64,000 nucleotides of DNA from Defluviitaleaceae bacterium (GTDB taxonomy: Bacteria > Bacillota > Clostridia > Lachnospirales > WQUN01), in NCBI GenBank assembly GCA_009780315.1, contig WRAH01000009.1, positions 13,516 to 77,515 on the forward strand. Reading direction: 5' to 3'. Below the pieces are notes generated by a model. It saw nothing but the letters and a program-made list of their open reading frames with translations. It ran no database searches and had not been told where the DNA came from. Below are positions 20,001 through 28,030 of this stretch, piece after piece. The translations under genes and the position numbers were made by a program. Each line of letters begins with the position of its first letter. Position 1 is the first letter of the stretch.

Positions 20001-22872
20001 CATAATTGATACTAAACACAGCAGGGGTGAATGTCCAATAGCCTGTAAACTCAACATGATTATTTGGCATAATAAATGGTGAGCTTATGATGGTTGTATG
20101 ATTCCAACCGCTAAATACCCATCCGCCTTCTACACCCAAGGCATTTATTGTTGATGTGGTTGTAGGATTTGGCGCAATCAGCATACCTATTGTGCCGGCG
20201 GCAAATGGTGTTGATGCTGACGGCATGTTGGCAACTACAGGCGGTTCAATGCCTGTGACTGTGTAGGTCACGTTAAATTGTGCTGGGATAAATGTCCAAT
20301 AGCCTGTAAAGGCTACATGATTATTGGGCATGGTAAATGGTGATGTAGTGATGGTTGCATGACTCCATCCACTAAATGTCCATGTGCCTTGGGTACCTGC
20401 GGCATTGGTGGTGGATGTGGTGGTTGGTTCTGGGGCTATGGTTAAGCCTGTTGTACCTGCGTCTACTGGTGTTGACCCAGTTGGCATGTTGGCAACCACA
20501 GGAGGTTCAACTCCTGTAACTGTATAAGTCACGTTAAATTGTGCTGGAGTAAATGTCCAATATCCTGTAAAGGCTACATGATTATTGGGCATGGTAAATG
20601 GTGATGTGGTGATGGTTGCATGATTCCATCCACTAAATGTCCATGTGCCTTGGGTACCTGCGGCATTGGTGGTGGATGTGGTGGTTGGTTCTGGGGCTAT
20701 GGTTAAACCTGTTGTACCTGCGTCTACTGGTGTTGACCCAGTTGGCATGTTGGTAACCACAGGAGGTTCAGCACCTGTAACTGTATAAGTCACGCTAAAT
20801 TGTGCTGGGGTAAATGTCCAATATCCTGTAAAATGCACAGCATTATTGGGCATAGAAAATGGTGATGTGGTGATGGTTGGATGATTCCAGCCGTTAAATG
20901 TCCATGTGCCTTGGACACCTGCGGCATTGGTGGTAGATGGAGTGGTTGGTATTGGTGCAATATCTACACTTGTGGTAGGCATTACATATGTTGTTGGCGG
21001 CATACCGTTGACTACATCAGGTGTAATGCCTGTAACTGTATAAGTTACATCAAGTGGAAGTGCCGGCGAACTAGTTGTAACATTAAATGTGCTAACCGCT
21101 GAATCTAAGTGGTTAACATTATTTGCCCTATGGTACATTTCAACTGTATAAGTTGTACCATCTGTTAAGCCTGTAAAATTAAGACTGATATCCCAGTCTC
21201 TAACGACTGCACCAGTAGCGGAGTTGATTAGACGGTATTGTGTTGTCCAGCCTGTACCGGGCGAACCTGTCCAAGCATTTAATGGCGTTGGTGCATTTGC
21301 AGCTGTAATAGTAAACATATTTTCGCCTACTACATTTTCTGCTGCACCAGAAGGCGCATTTGTCTCCCTTGCTATAATAGTAACTGTAATATCTGGTATT
21401 GATATGCCAACTGCCGGCGGAGCTGGTGTACCTGCACTTGATATAACAGTACCTTGACGCGTAGCAGGAATATTCAAGGTCACAGTATGTGTCCCGACAC
21501 CAAGATTTCTTGAATTTGGAGTAATATTAAAATTTCTTTGGGGAACAGCATTATTCAAAGCCGTACCAGGTGGATTAATTGAACCAATATTAAAGCCAGC
21601 AAAAGGGCCAGTAATAGTAGGGTTACTAAAACTTATTGATGATGCAGAAACGCCATTCTCTCTTGTTAAAGTTACAGATGCTGATGGGATACTTTGTCCC
21701 CATACACGTGTACCAAAATCAACATGAGATATATTAGCACTTAAAGTCGGTGGAATTGCTGACGCAACTGAAAAAGTCAAATCTCCCAAATTTCTTGTGG
21801 GGTGTCCAGGTGTAATGAGGTTATTTGTAATCGTTTGTCCGATAAAATGATGATTTGCTGGAAAACCTGGTGTTATTGTTGTCGTGTATCCAGTTCGAAC
21901 CCCTAATATAGGGGGGATGGCTGGAGGGTAAAATCTTTGTTGGGAAGTACCCACTAAAAAACCAGTTACATCCGACAAACTTATGCCTCCTGGATTAACT
22001 AATGTTGCGCCTACAGGAGTACTCCTTGCAACATGCGAACCTGGATAATTTAAAAATTGGTTCATAGCCAGCTCAGTTGCTCCACCCAAACTTCCTGTAT
22101 AACCAAAATTTGGAAAAATATAAGTTTCAATAACTATGGTTTCTGTGCGTGTCGGCCATATATAATGTCTGCCAGTACCCGTTGACATTGAAGAAAATTG
22201 CGGTGTAAACCCCATGAAAATTCTAACACTAAAATCATGTACAAAATCATCACTTGCTGTTGCACCATTTGCAATGGTTGCACGTACGATGACAGTACCC
22301 ATATCAAAAGCATGGAGTTCATTGTCTACAAGCACTGCGCCAGTCGCGCCAGGGTCTGAAATGCTCCAAGTAATGCTTTGGTTTGTGGCGTTGCTTGGGT
22401 ATACATCACCAGTTAAGTACAATGGAATGCCTATATTTGTTTCCGTTGGCAGGTTGTGCAGTGTTGCCACAGGAACAAAGTCTAGGGCTGGCAATTGGGG
22501 TAGTACAGGCGCAATGTCAACCAGATTATCTTTGCATCCGCAATGATTGTCTTCGTCACACTCGCATTCTGCACATTCACAGTCAGTTTCTTCTTCTCCT
22601 TCAATGTCTTCTTCTGTTTCAGATTCTTCCGTTTCGGCTTCCTCTGTTTCATCCTCTGTTTCTTCGTCAATGTCAGTTTCTTCATCTTCTTCTACATCAT
22701 TATCATCCGTATAGTCATCATAAATGCTGCTTGATACATAATCGCTTTCATCATATTCCGGCGGCAAAGCGTCTACGGGCAATGCGGCAAAAACCAGAAT
22801 AAACACAAGCAAAATGCACATTACCTTTTGAATGAACATCCGCCCTTGATAATTTAATATGCTGTTTAACAT
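17071..22872 (-). CDS. Giant wall-anchored repeat adhesin: signal peptide, acidic Cys-containing tract, Big_2-like domain, 7 + 6 Listeria/Bacteroides-type (Flg_new-like) repeats, C-terminal sorting signal
   Basis: Track ORF 17071..22917 (TTG start). ATG 22872 or ATG 22839 (MFIQKVMCILLVFILVFAALPVDA) are likelier starts. The repeat signature is GTWTFSGW...FTMPNN.V.FTGYWTF. The C-terminus reads LMPQTG, then a hydrophobic stretch, then RKIKR. Confidence 0.9.
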   Translation of the reverse strand: MLNSILNYQGRMFIQKVMCILLVFILVFAALPVDALPPEYDESDYVSSSIYDDYTDDNDVEEDEETDIDEETEDETEEAETEESETEEDIEGEEETDCECAECECDEDNHCGCKDNLVDIAPVLPQLPALDFVPVATLHNLPTETNIGIPLYLTGDVYPSNATNQSITWSISDPGATGAVLVDNELHAFDMGTVIVRATIANGATASDDFVHDFSVRIFMGFTPQFSSMSTGTGRHYIWPTRTETIVIETYIFPNFGYTGSLGGATELAMNQFLNYPGSHVARSTPVGATLVNPGGISLSDVTGFLVGTSQQRFYPPAIPPILGVRTGYTTTITPGFPANHHFIGQTITNNLITPGHPTRNLGDLTFSVASAIPPTLSANISHVDFGTRVWGQSIPSASVTLTRENGVSASSISFSNPTITGPFAGFNIGSINPPGTALNNAVPQRNFNITPNSRNLGVGTHTVTLNIPATRQGTVISSAGTPAPPAVGISIPDITVTIIARETNAPSGAAENVVGENMFTITAANAPTPLNAWTGSPGTGWTTQYRLINSATGAVVRDWDISLNFTGLTDGTTYTVEMYHRANNVNHLDSAVSTFNVTTSSPALPLDVTYTVTGITPDVVNGMPPTTYVMPTTSVDIAPIPTTPSTTNAAGVQGTWTFNGWNHPTITTSPFSMPNNAVHFTGYWTFTPAQFSVTYTVTGAEPPVVTNMPTGSTPVDAGTTGLTIAPEPTTTSTTNAAGTQGTWTFSGWNHATITTSPFTMPNNHVAFTGYWTFTPAQFNVTYTVTGVEPPVVANMPTGSTPVDAGTTGLTIAPEPTTTSTTNAAGTQGTWTFSGWSHATITTSPFTMPNNHVAFTGYWTFIPAQFNVTYTVTGIEPPVVANMPSASTPFAAGTIGMLIAPNPTTTSTINALGVEGGWVFSGWNHTTIISSPFIMPNNHVEFTGYWTFTPAVFSINYEVIGVRPAIENNMPPAATPTTAGTAGLTIAPYPTTTSLTNAAGVMGTWTFDGWNHPTITTSPFTMPNSNVTFTGTWTFTPAQFNVTYTVTGIEPSVVANMPAASTSVAAGTTGVVIAPSPTTTSTTNGAGVQGAWTFSGWFNATVSSSPFTMPNNNVAFTGYWTFTPDTFDVTYTVTGVEPAVVTGMPPALTTLNAGTTGVVIAASPITTSNTNTVGVQGTWTFSGWSNATITSSPFIMPNHDVAFTGYWIFTPDTFNLTINNLPNAIGIPSGQTPSGIMNAGDTITLVQGTNPINFVFMGWVRGATLPALGSDLSSFAGTIYLTRTFTMPNESLTYTAIWGDGTYVGLPTNDNLTINNLPNNIGPHVGQTATGSVVVSTDITLAEGTAPADFVFMGWVRGATLPALGSDLSSFAGTVYYPTRTFTMPNEAITYTAIWGDGTYVGVPINDNLTIDNLPNNIGPHVGQTATGSVAVGVDVILAEGTAPTNFVFMGWVRGATLPALGSDLSSFAGTVYYPTRHFIMPNEDLTYTAIWGDGTFVGVPTDYNLIINNLPNTIDPHVNQTKSEGVIVGTHVNLEEGIHPVDFIFMGWVRGDVLPALGSDINDFTGTVYPTRSFTMPNEVITYTALWGNGVIVGKPLNYNLFINNLPDNIGPHVDQTESGATVLGSTVTLDEGIAPEGFMFMGWVRGSDLPAIGTNINDFTAVPVRGVGHSFTMPNDAVVYTALWGNGTHVGVPLSFNLTVGNFPPSFVPVGQTPTGITLVEAGTALIWNEGTVATYDFLGWATDTSVLVVGSVLPPSAVVTPSVAMPSNDTNYFAVWGNSSTGIIGEPNIPPNVTPPTSPPILGGGGGNLDGGFRPTIPTRPEPPTPSVVGNEVVNNDDGMWVEFDDTGIPQGAWEWNEDEETWIFDEDNVPLAAAMPSSVPVPVAAVMSLMPQTGITSTIPLLLAGLLAALILAGFAVTYIRKIKRSDIA
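17515..19233 (-). repeat. Six in-frame tandem coding repeats of about 291 bp (97 aa)
   Basis: The units begin (F/D/Y)NL(T/I/F)INNLPNNIGPHVGQT and end TFTMPNE..TYTAIWGDGTYVG. The measured period is 291 bp (acataagtg at 18671 and at 18962). Confidence 0.9.
19234..21054 (-). repeat. Seven in-frame tandem coding repeats of 261 bp (87 aa)
   Basis: tgctgg recurs at 20281, 20542 and 20803, exactly 261 bp apart. The two units starting at 20281 and 20542 are near-identical at the DNA level. Confidence 0.92.
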
Positions 22873-23206
22873 ACAGAGAATACCCCCTAGGTTTAATTTT
22901 TTATTTTTCTCTTGCAAATCTTAAAATCCTATAAATCTTGGTTAAGGGCCCTCATGAACCAAAAATAAAATAGGCTATGTATAGAAGACCACAGGGGTCA
23001 CGAATACGTTACATACGTTTTTTAAAAAATTTATAAAAAATTTTATCATGCCCTAAAAAACGACACCAAATGTCCCGTTGCGGGCAATCATACAAAAACT
23101 TTATTTGAAGGTGAATAATATGGCATAAGTATATACACTTCAAATAAAAAGGGAAATGACCAATATGTAGCAATTTAATTTTTCCTTGTCTAAAAACAAG
23201 GCGAAA

Positions 23207-23241
23207 ATAAAAAAGCCATCTCTACGAAGATGGCTTTTTTG
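23207..23241 (-). terminator. Intrinsic terminator after the sigma-fusion gene
   Basis: Hairpin aagccatct-ctacg-aagatggctt with flanking A and T runs. A second hairpin ccttgt/acaagg sits at 23185-23200. Confidence 0.75.
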
Positions 23242-23262
23242 CAAAGTTTTGTTTCGCTTGAT

Positions 23263-24429
23263 TTAAGGCACATCCACTACAGATGGCATACCCACTATTC
23301 CTGTTTCTCTATTGCCCCATACGGCAATATAAACAATATCACTGTTGGGCATGAGTTCAAGGGGGGTGACTATTGCGTCCGCAGGTATTGGCTCGCCTAC
23401 CACCAGCCCTTTTGTACTGCTTACCCAGCCTAAAAAATCATAACCTGCAACCATGCCAGGGTCTAATAAAAATGTGTCTGATTCAATGGTTTCCACTGGC
23501 AAAGCTTCTGTCACTATCTCTATCGGGAGTATATTTTCTACATAGGCTGGTGTGTTGTTTTCAGGCGGTGGTATTTCAATATCTTCTTCTTGTACATACA
23601 ATATCGACAGTTCATCTTCTGATACGGCTATAACTGTATCTTGTATAGGCACAGGTGCAATATATACTGTGGTGTCATACAGGCTACTCAATGCCAACCC
23701 TCCTGCAAGCAAAGCGGTAACTGCTACACCACCGGCTATACTGGCAGTTCTTACAAAGTGTAGTCTTCTTATAACGCTTGTAAAAGCAAGGGTTGCCACG
23801 CCTAACTGGGTTGCGGCAAACACTTCTTCTTCCTTGAAAAATAGCTTTGAAACAGAAACAAACGGAAGAACCACCACTGGCAAATGTTTTCTGTCTTTTT
23901 CAATTTTCTTTTTCATGCTTTTGCGGGCATCATGCATGGCTTTTCGCACACTGGCTGAACTACTGCCTTGATAGTCTGCTATTTCATTCGTATCCATGCC
24001 TTGATAATAATATAAATAAATCACTTCACGTTGTTTGTCTGGCAGTGAATTGACAAGCTTTAGCATGTCCTTTTGCAATTCCTTGTTGGCGACATATGCC
24101 TCGGGCAGAAAATCCTCGTCAGCGTCTTGCATATCTTCAGGCACTTCGTTGGTTTGTAATGCAAACTTTTGATTTTTATTCAGTTTAGTACGGCATACTC
24201 TAACGGTTATTGTACCAATCCATGCTTTAAGCTTAGTATCATCTTTCAAATTTTTAATGTTTTTAAACACCTTTATAAAAACATCCTGCAAGACATCATT
24301 GGCATCTGATTCATTGTTGCAAAGTTTGGCGGCTATAAATAAAACATACCGCCAGTATGTATCATATATAACACGAAAAGCCTCCTCATCCCCATTTTTT
24401 GCTTTTTCGATGACTTCCCGTATCACCAT
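23263..24429 (-). CDS. ECF-type sigma-70 family factor fused to a TM helix and an extracytoplasmic Listeria/Bacteroides-type repeat domain
   Basis: ATG 24429 follows AAAGGTGTG. Region 2 is DVLQDVFIKVF and region 4 is REVIYLYYYQGMDTNEIADYQGSSSASVRKAMHDARK. The TM helix is IAGGVAVTALLAGGLALSSL. The C-terminal block is YDFLGWVSS...MPNSDIVYIAVWGN. Confidence 0.85.
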   Translation of the reverse strand: MVIREVIEKAKNGDEEAFRVIYDTYWRYVLFIAAKLCNNESDANDVLQDVFIKVFKNIKNLKDDTKLKAWIGTITVRVCRTKLNKNQKFALQTNEVPEDMQDADEDFLPEAYVANKELQKDMLKLVNSLPDKQREVIYLYYYQGMDTNEIADYQGSSSASVRKAMHDARKSMKKKIEKDRKHLPVVVLPFVSVSKLFFKEEEVFAATQLGVATLAFTSVIRRLHFVRTASIAGGVAVTALLAGGLALSSLYDTTVYIAPVPIQDTVIAVSEDELSILYVQEEDIEIPPPENNTPAYVENILPIEIVTEALPVETIESDTFLLDPGMVAGYDFLGWVSSTKGLVVGEPIPADAIVTPLELMPNSDIVYIAVWGNRETGIVGMPSVVDVP

Positions 24430-24447
24430 TATCACACCTTTCAAGCC

Positions 24448-24477
24448 ATTATATGACCAACCACTAGAAATTGTCAA
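24448..24477 (-). promoter_or_regulatory. Sigma-A-type promoter of the sigma-fusion gene
   Basis: Minus strand reads TTGACA (24477-24472), an 18-nt spacer, then TATAAT (24453-24448). Confidence 0.6.
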
Positions 24478-24510
24478 TATATCTGCAAAATGTTATAATT
24501 ACCCAATTCA

Positions 24511-25290
24511 TCATGACCCTGTAGACTGATATTTTTTAAGCCCCAATTTAAAACATGCATAACATGGCAAAAGAAAAAGTAATGACATTACAGGGGCAAT
24601 TCCATGAAAAATGCCAGCTTCTTCACGCCCCAATAAAAATAATAAGGGATAGTATTGAATCAGCGCAAGGGGAACAATAAAAGTCAAAAATTTCAATATG
24701 CCATCACCATATACGGAAAAAGGTAATCTTCCATGTTCTTGGGCACCATGGGTGAGAAGATTCATAAATTCCAACCCTTCCAGTGTGAAAAATGACAATG
24801 CCGCATACAGCACTTGCAAGCCAAAAAATAATAAGCCGCCGCAAATGATCATCAATGCAAGGGTAATCACCCTAGGCAAAGTCCAGTCTATACTACTGCT
24901 TGGAATAACATAAATAAAAACCAATATGGCTTGAAGAAGCCGCCCCAAGCGGGAAAAGTCCATTTGTGATGCCAGTACTTGAAAAATAACATTGCGGGGG
25001 CGCACCAAAGCTCTATCAAAACCCCCATTGCCAATAAGATTAGGAAACTGGTCAAAACCACGTGCAATCAGCTCGCTGATAGAAAACGCAGACATGATGA
25101 TTGCAAAACAAAGCAATACTTCTTCATGGGTAAAGCCCCCAACAGAGTCAAAGCGGGCAAACATAAAATTGATACTCAGCAAAGTCACAAAGGCCACTAG
25201 AAACTGCCCAAGGGTTGTAAAAAAGAAAGAGGACTTAAACTGCATTTGACTTTTAAGGTGTATTGAAAAATATTTTATATACAAGCTCAT
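24511..25290 (-). CDS. ABC-2 family transporter permease (DUF990-type)
   Basis: 259-aa polytopic membrane protein, the third gene of an ATPase + two-permease trio. Confidence 0.75.
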   Translation of the reverse strand: MSLYIKYFSIHLKSQMQFKSSFFFTTLGQFLVAFVTLLSINFMFARFDSVGGFTHEEVLLCFAIIMSAFSISELIARGFDQFPNLIGNGGFDRALVRPRNVIFQVLASQMDFSRLGRLLQAILVFIYVIPSSSIDWTLPRVITLALMIICGGLLFFGLQVLYAALSFFTLEGLEFMNLLTHGAQEHGRLPFSVYGDGILKFLTFIVPLALIQYYPLLFLLGREEAGIFHGIAPVMSLLFLLPCYACFKLGLKKYQSTGS

Positions 25291-25293
25291 GTT

Positions 25294-26097
25294 TTAACCT
25301 CCTTGAACCACCACGCGCTTTAAAGCACGAGACATAAAAAATCGTCCTGCCAATAACATAAACAAAAGCCAAAAAATTTGCAAAAGCATACTCTGCACCA
25401 AATCCGCACCTGTTAAGTAGCCGCTAAAAATAAGCAATGGTGTATTTTTCATGGCCCCAAATGGCGAAAACTCTATCATAGTGCGTAAAGTGTCGGGAAA
25501 AAATGGAATGGGAATATAACTACCCATCAGAAAATCTGCGGCAATGCCTACAACAATACGTATCCCTTTGCTGTTCATGGTGTAAAAAGTTGAAATGTAA
25601 ATGAGCATAGAAAATGCAACCACCACACTTAAACTTAAAATTAAACTAATGATAAAAAGCACCACTGTTATAAAACTTGAAGGCAAAACCAGACGAAAAG
25701 CCACCGGTAAAATGAGTGCAATCACTAAAAGAGGCACAGCACGAAGTACTGTACGGGCGATGCGGTTTGCAGAAATCGTGGTAAACCACCGCCCATATAC
25801 ATCCATGGGGCGAACCAAATCATAAGCCACACCGCCGCTTTCTATTGATTCAAAAATGCTATTTTCCCAAAACCATATAAAAAGCAAAGCCATAAATGCC
25901 TGTTGCATCCAAATGTAAGCAACGGTCTGCTGAAATGTCATTGGAAACCCAGTGGGATTTTCACGGTAAAAAGCGGCAAAACCCAAAATAGTCATAAGCC
26001 CCCACCCAAACTGCGTCACTAATCCAGCCAAAGCCGCCGCACGATATTGTAGGGAATTGGTAAAACGTATTCTAAAAAGTGCCGCAAAGGGCTTCAT
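25294..26097 (-). CDS. ABC-2 family transporter permease (DUF990-type)
   Basis: 267-aa polytopic membrane protein. Its start overlaps the ATPase stop by 4 nt. Confidence 0.75.
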   Translation of the reverse strand: MKPFAALFRIRFTNSLQYRAAALAGLVTQFGWGLMTILGFAAFYRENPTGFPMTFQQTVAYIWMQQAFMALLFIWFWENSIFESIESGGVAYDLVRPMDVYGRWFTTISANRIARTVLRAVPLLVIALILPVAFRLVLPSSFITVVLFIISLILSLSVVVAFSMLIYISTFYTMNSKGIRIVVGIAADFLMGSYIPIPFFPDTLRTMIEFSPFGAMKNTPLLIFSGYLTGADLVQSMLLQIFWLLFMLLAGRFFMSRALKRVVVQGG

Positions 26098-26894
26098 ATT
26101 TTAAGCTCCTTATACAGTGCGGCAACCGCTTCCTCTGCATTGTCACCATCAGTATTTGCACGGGATTTTAGCTCTGCTAAACTTCCGTCTAAAAGCACTT
26201 GCCCTCTTCCTATAAGAATAATGCGCTCGGTCAAAGCTTCAATATCTTGCATGTCATGAGTGGTAAGGATAACTGTCGTTTTACGCTCGACATTCAGTTG
26301 TTTAATAAATTGGCGCACGGCTATTTTAGACACAGCGTCCAGCCCAATCGTTGGCTCGTCTAGGAATAGAATTTTTGGGTTGTGTAACAAGCTTGCCACA
26401 ATTTCACAACGCATTCTTTGCCCTAAACTTAAACTTCTGGCTGGAGTTTTTAAAATTTCCCCCAGTTCCAAAATTTCTGTAAGTTCTTTTAAATTTTTTG
26501 AATATACAGTTTGCGGGGTTTTATAAATATCGCGGATAAGTTCAAAGCTGTCTATGACAGGCACATCCCACCACAATTGACTGCGCTGACCAAACACTAC
26601 CCCAATATCACGCACATGGGCTATTCTTTGCCGCCATGGGGTGCGCCCATTGATACTACAATCGCCATCGTCAGGCGTTAGGATTCCGCACATTATTTTT
26701 ATGGTTGTACTTTTTCCTGCCCCATTTGGCCCTATATACCCCACCATTTCACCATCGTTGACAGTAAAGCTGACATTATGCAGTGCATGAATCAGCTCAT
26801 ATTCCCGAGAAAATAACGCCTTAAACGCATTGGCAAACCCTGCCTGACGCTTTGACACTTTAAATGTTTTAGTGATGTTTTGTAACGTAATCAA
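26094..26894 (-). CDS. ABC transporter ATP-binding protein
   Basis: Walker A GPNGAGKST, signature LSLGQRMRCEI, Walker B LFLDEPTIGLD. Confidence 0.93.
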   Translation of the reverse strand: MITLQNITKTFKVSKRQAGFANAFKALFSREYELIHALHNVSFTVNDGEMVGYIGPNGAGKSTTIKIMCGILTPDDGDCSINGRTPWRQRIAHVRDIGVVFGQRSQLWWDVPVIDSFELIRDIYKTPQTVYSKNLKELTEILELGEILKTPARSLSLGQRMRCEIVASLLHNPKILFLDEPTIGLDAVSKIAVRQFIKQLNVERKTTVILTTHDMQDIEALTERIILIGRGQVLLDGSLAELKSRANTDGDNAEEAVAALYKELKI

Positions 26895-26986
26895 AATACC
26901 CTCCTTTTTTCAATGGGTCTCTGTTTTTAGGTCAAATAAACCCGAAGGCAACAGCCCCCGGGTTTAAACATGTGCTACAGTGTTGT

Positions 26987-27238
26987 TTATAATCCTGCAA
27001 GTTTCATCATTTCTTGTATCGCTTCCTTAGAAACTTTACGCCCATGAAATTCGATTAAATCATCAGCAGAGCCTGTGAATGTACATGCAGGTTCATATTT
27101 CTTAAGTATAATTTTGTCAGAATCCACAAAGACCTCTAATGCATCCCTGTCATTGATATGCATTGTCCTTCTCAACTCGCAAGGTAAAACCACACGCCCA
27201 AGCTCATCTACACGTCTTACAACACCTGTTGCTTTCAT
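26987..27238 (-). CDS. abrB: Transition-state regulator AbrB
   Basis: MKATGVVRRVDELGRVVLPCELRRTMHINDRDALEVFVDSDKIILKKY is a canonical SpoVT/AbrB swapped-hairpin N-domain. Confidence 0.9.
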   Translation of the reverse strand: MKATGVVRRVDELGRVVLPCELRRTMHINDRDALEVFVDSDKIILKKYEPACTFTGSADDLIEFHGRKVSKEAIQEMMKLAGL

Positions 27239-27314
27239 AAATATGCACTCCTTTTAAGATAATAGCTTACCACATTTATTCAATTTTGCCTGTTCCAGCA
27301 ATTGTGGTGGTGAT

Positions 27315-27342
27315 AGTATACCATACTTGTCAATATATGCAA
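27315..27342 (-). promoter_or_regulatory. Candidate sigma-A promoter of abrB
   Basis: Minus strand reads TTGCAT, a 16-nt spacer, then TATACT. Confidence 0.4.
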
Positions 27343-27437
27343 GTATTAAATGAAAGAAATTATTTCCTGTCGAAATGAATGCATGAAAGCTTTTGTGAAT
27401 AAGCTATATTAACAGTGAAAATCAGGAGGTACATATC

Positions 27438-28022
27438 TTGCTTAACAAACTTTGGGGCGGAATGATTTTGCTATCTATCGTGGTGGCTTTATTTACAGGA
27501 AATATTCCTGCACTCACCAATGCGGCAATAGAATCTGCAAGAGAAGCCATTACACTAAGCATTACAATGCTTGGGATTTTAGCCATGTGGACGGGGCTTA
27601 TGACCGTGGCAGAAAAGGCAGGGCTTATTGGTGCATTGGCACGGCGGTCACGCCCCCTACTTCGGTGGTTGTTTCCTGACCTTGGAAAAAATCACCCTGC
27701 ACACGAGCCTATTGCAACCAATTTCATTGCCAATATTTTAGGGCTTGGATGGGCAGCAACCCCTAGCGGATTAAAAGCAATGAAGGTCATGCAGGAGGAA
27801 AACCCTAAAAAAGATACGGCTACGCGCTCTATGCGCATGTTTATGGTTATCAATATGTCCAGCTTACAGCTTGTGACTATTAGTGTGGTAGCTTATCGTA
27901 TGCAATATAATTCTATTAACCCGTCAGAAATCATTGGCCCTGGGCTTGTTGTGACGGCAATTACTACTGTTGTAGCTGTTGCCTTCTGCAAAATACTAGA
28001 TAAGTTTGATAGGAAGGACTGA
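27438..28022 (+). CDS. spmA: Spore maturation protein A (nucleoside-recognition / Gate domain)
   Basis: TTG start 8 nt after AGGAGG. 194-aa membrane protein paired with an spmB-like gene. Confidence 0.8.
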   Translation: MLNKLWGGMILLSIVVALFTGNIPALTNAAIESAREAITLSITMLGILAMWTGLMTVAEKAGLIGALARRSRPLLRWLFPDLGKNHPAHEPIATNFIANILGLGWAATPSGLKAMKVMQEENPKKDTATRSMRMFMVINMSSLQLVTISVVAYRMQYNSINPSEIIGPGLVVTAITTVVAVAFCKILDKFDRKD

Positions 28023-28030
28023 ATACGCCT

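Noticed and set aside
17515-21054. Regular 261-bp and 291-bp tandem repeats that could be mistaken for a CRISPR array or a satellite
   Set aside because: They are in frame inside one long ORF and encode 87- and 97-aa protein repeats. There is no repeat-spacer alternation and no cas genes are present.
22560-22740. GAA/GAG/GAT-rich low-complexity DNA
   Set aside because: It is the coding sequence for the acidic tract of the adhesin, not a regulatory or microsatellite element.
26938-26965. Hairpin aaacccg...cgggttt between abrB and the ABC-2 ATPase gene as a terminator
   Set aside because: The stem is short, the loop is large and the T-run on the minus strand is poor. I cannot decide whether abrB is separated from or co-transcribed with the transporter genes.
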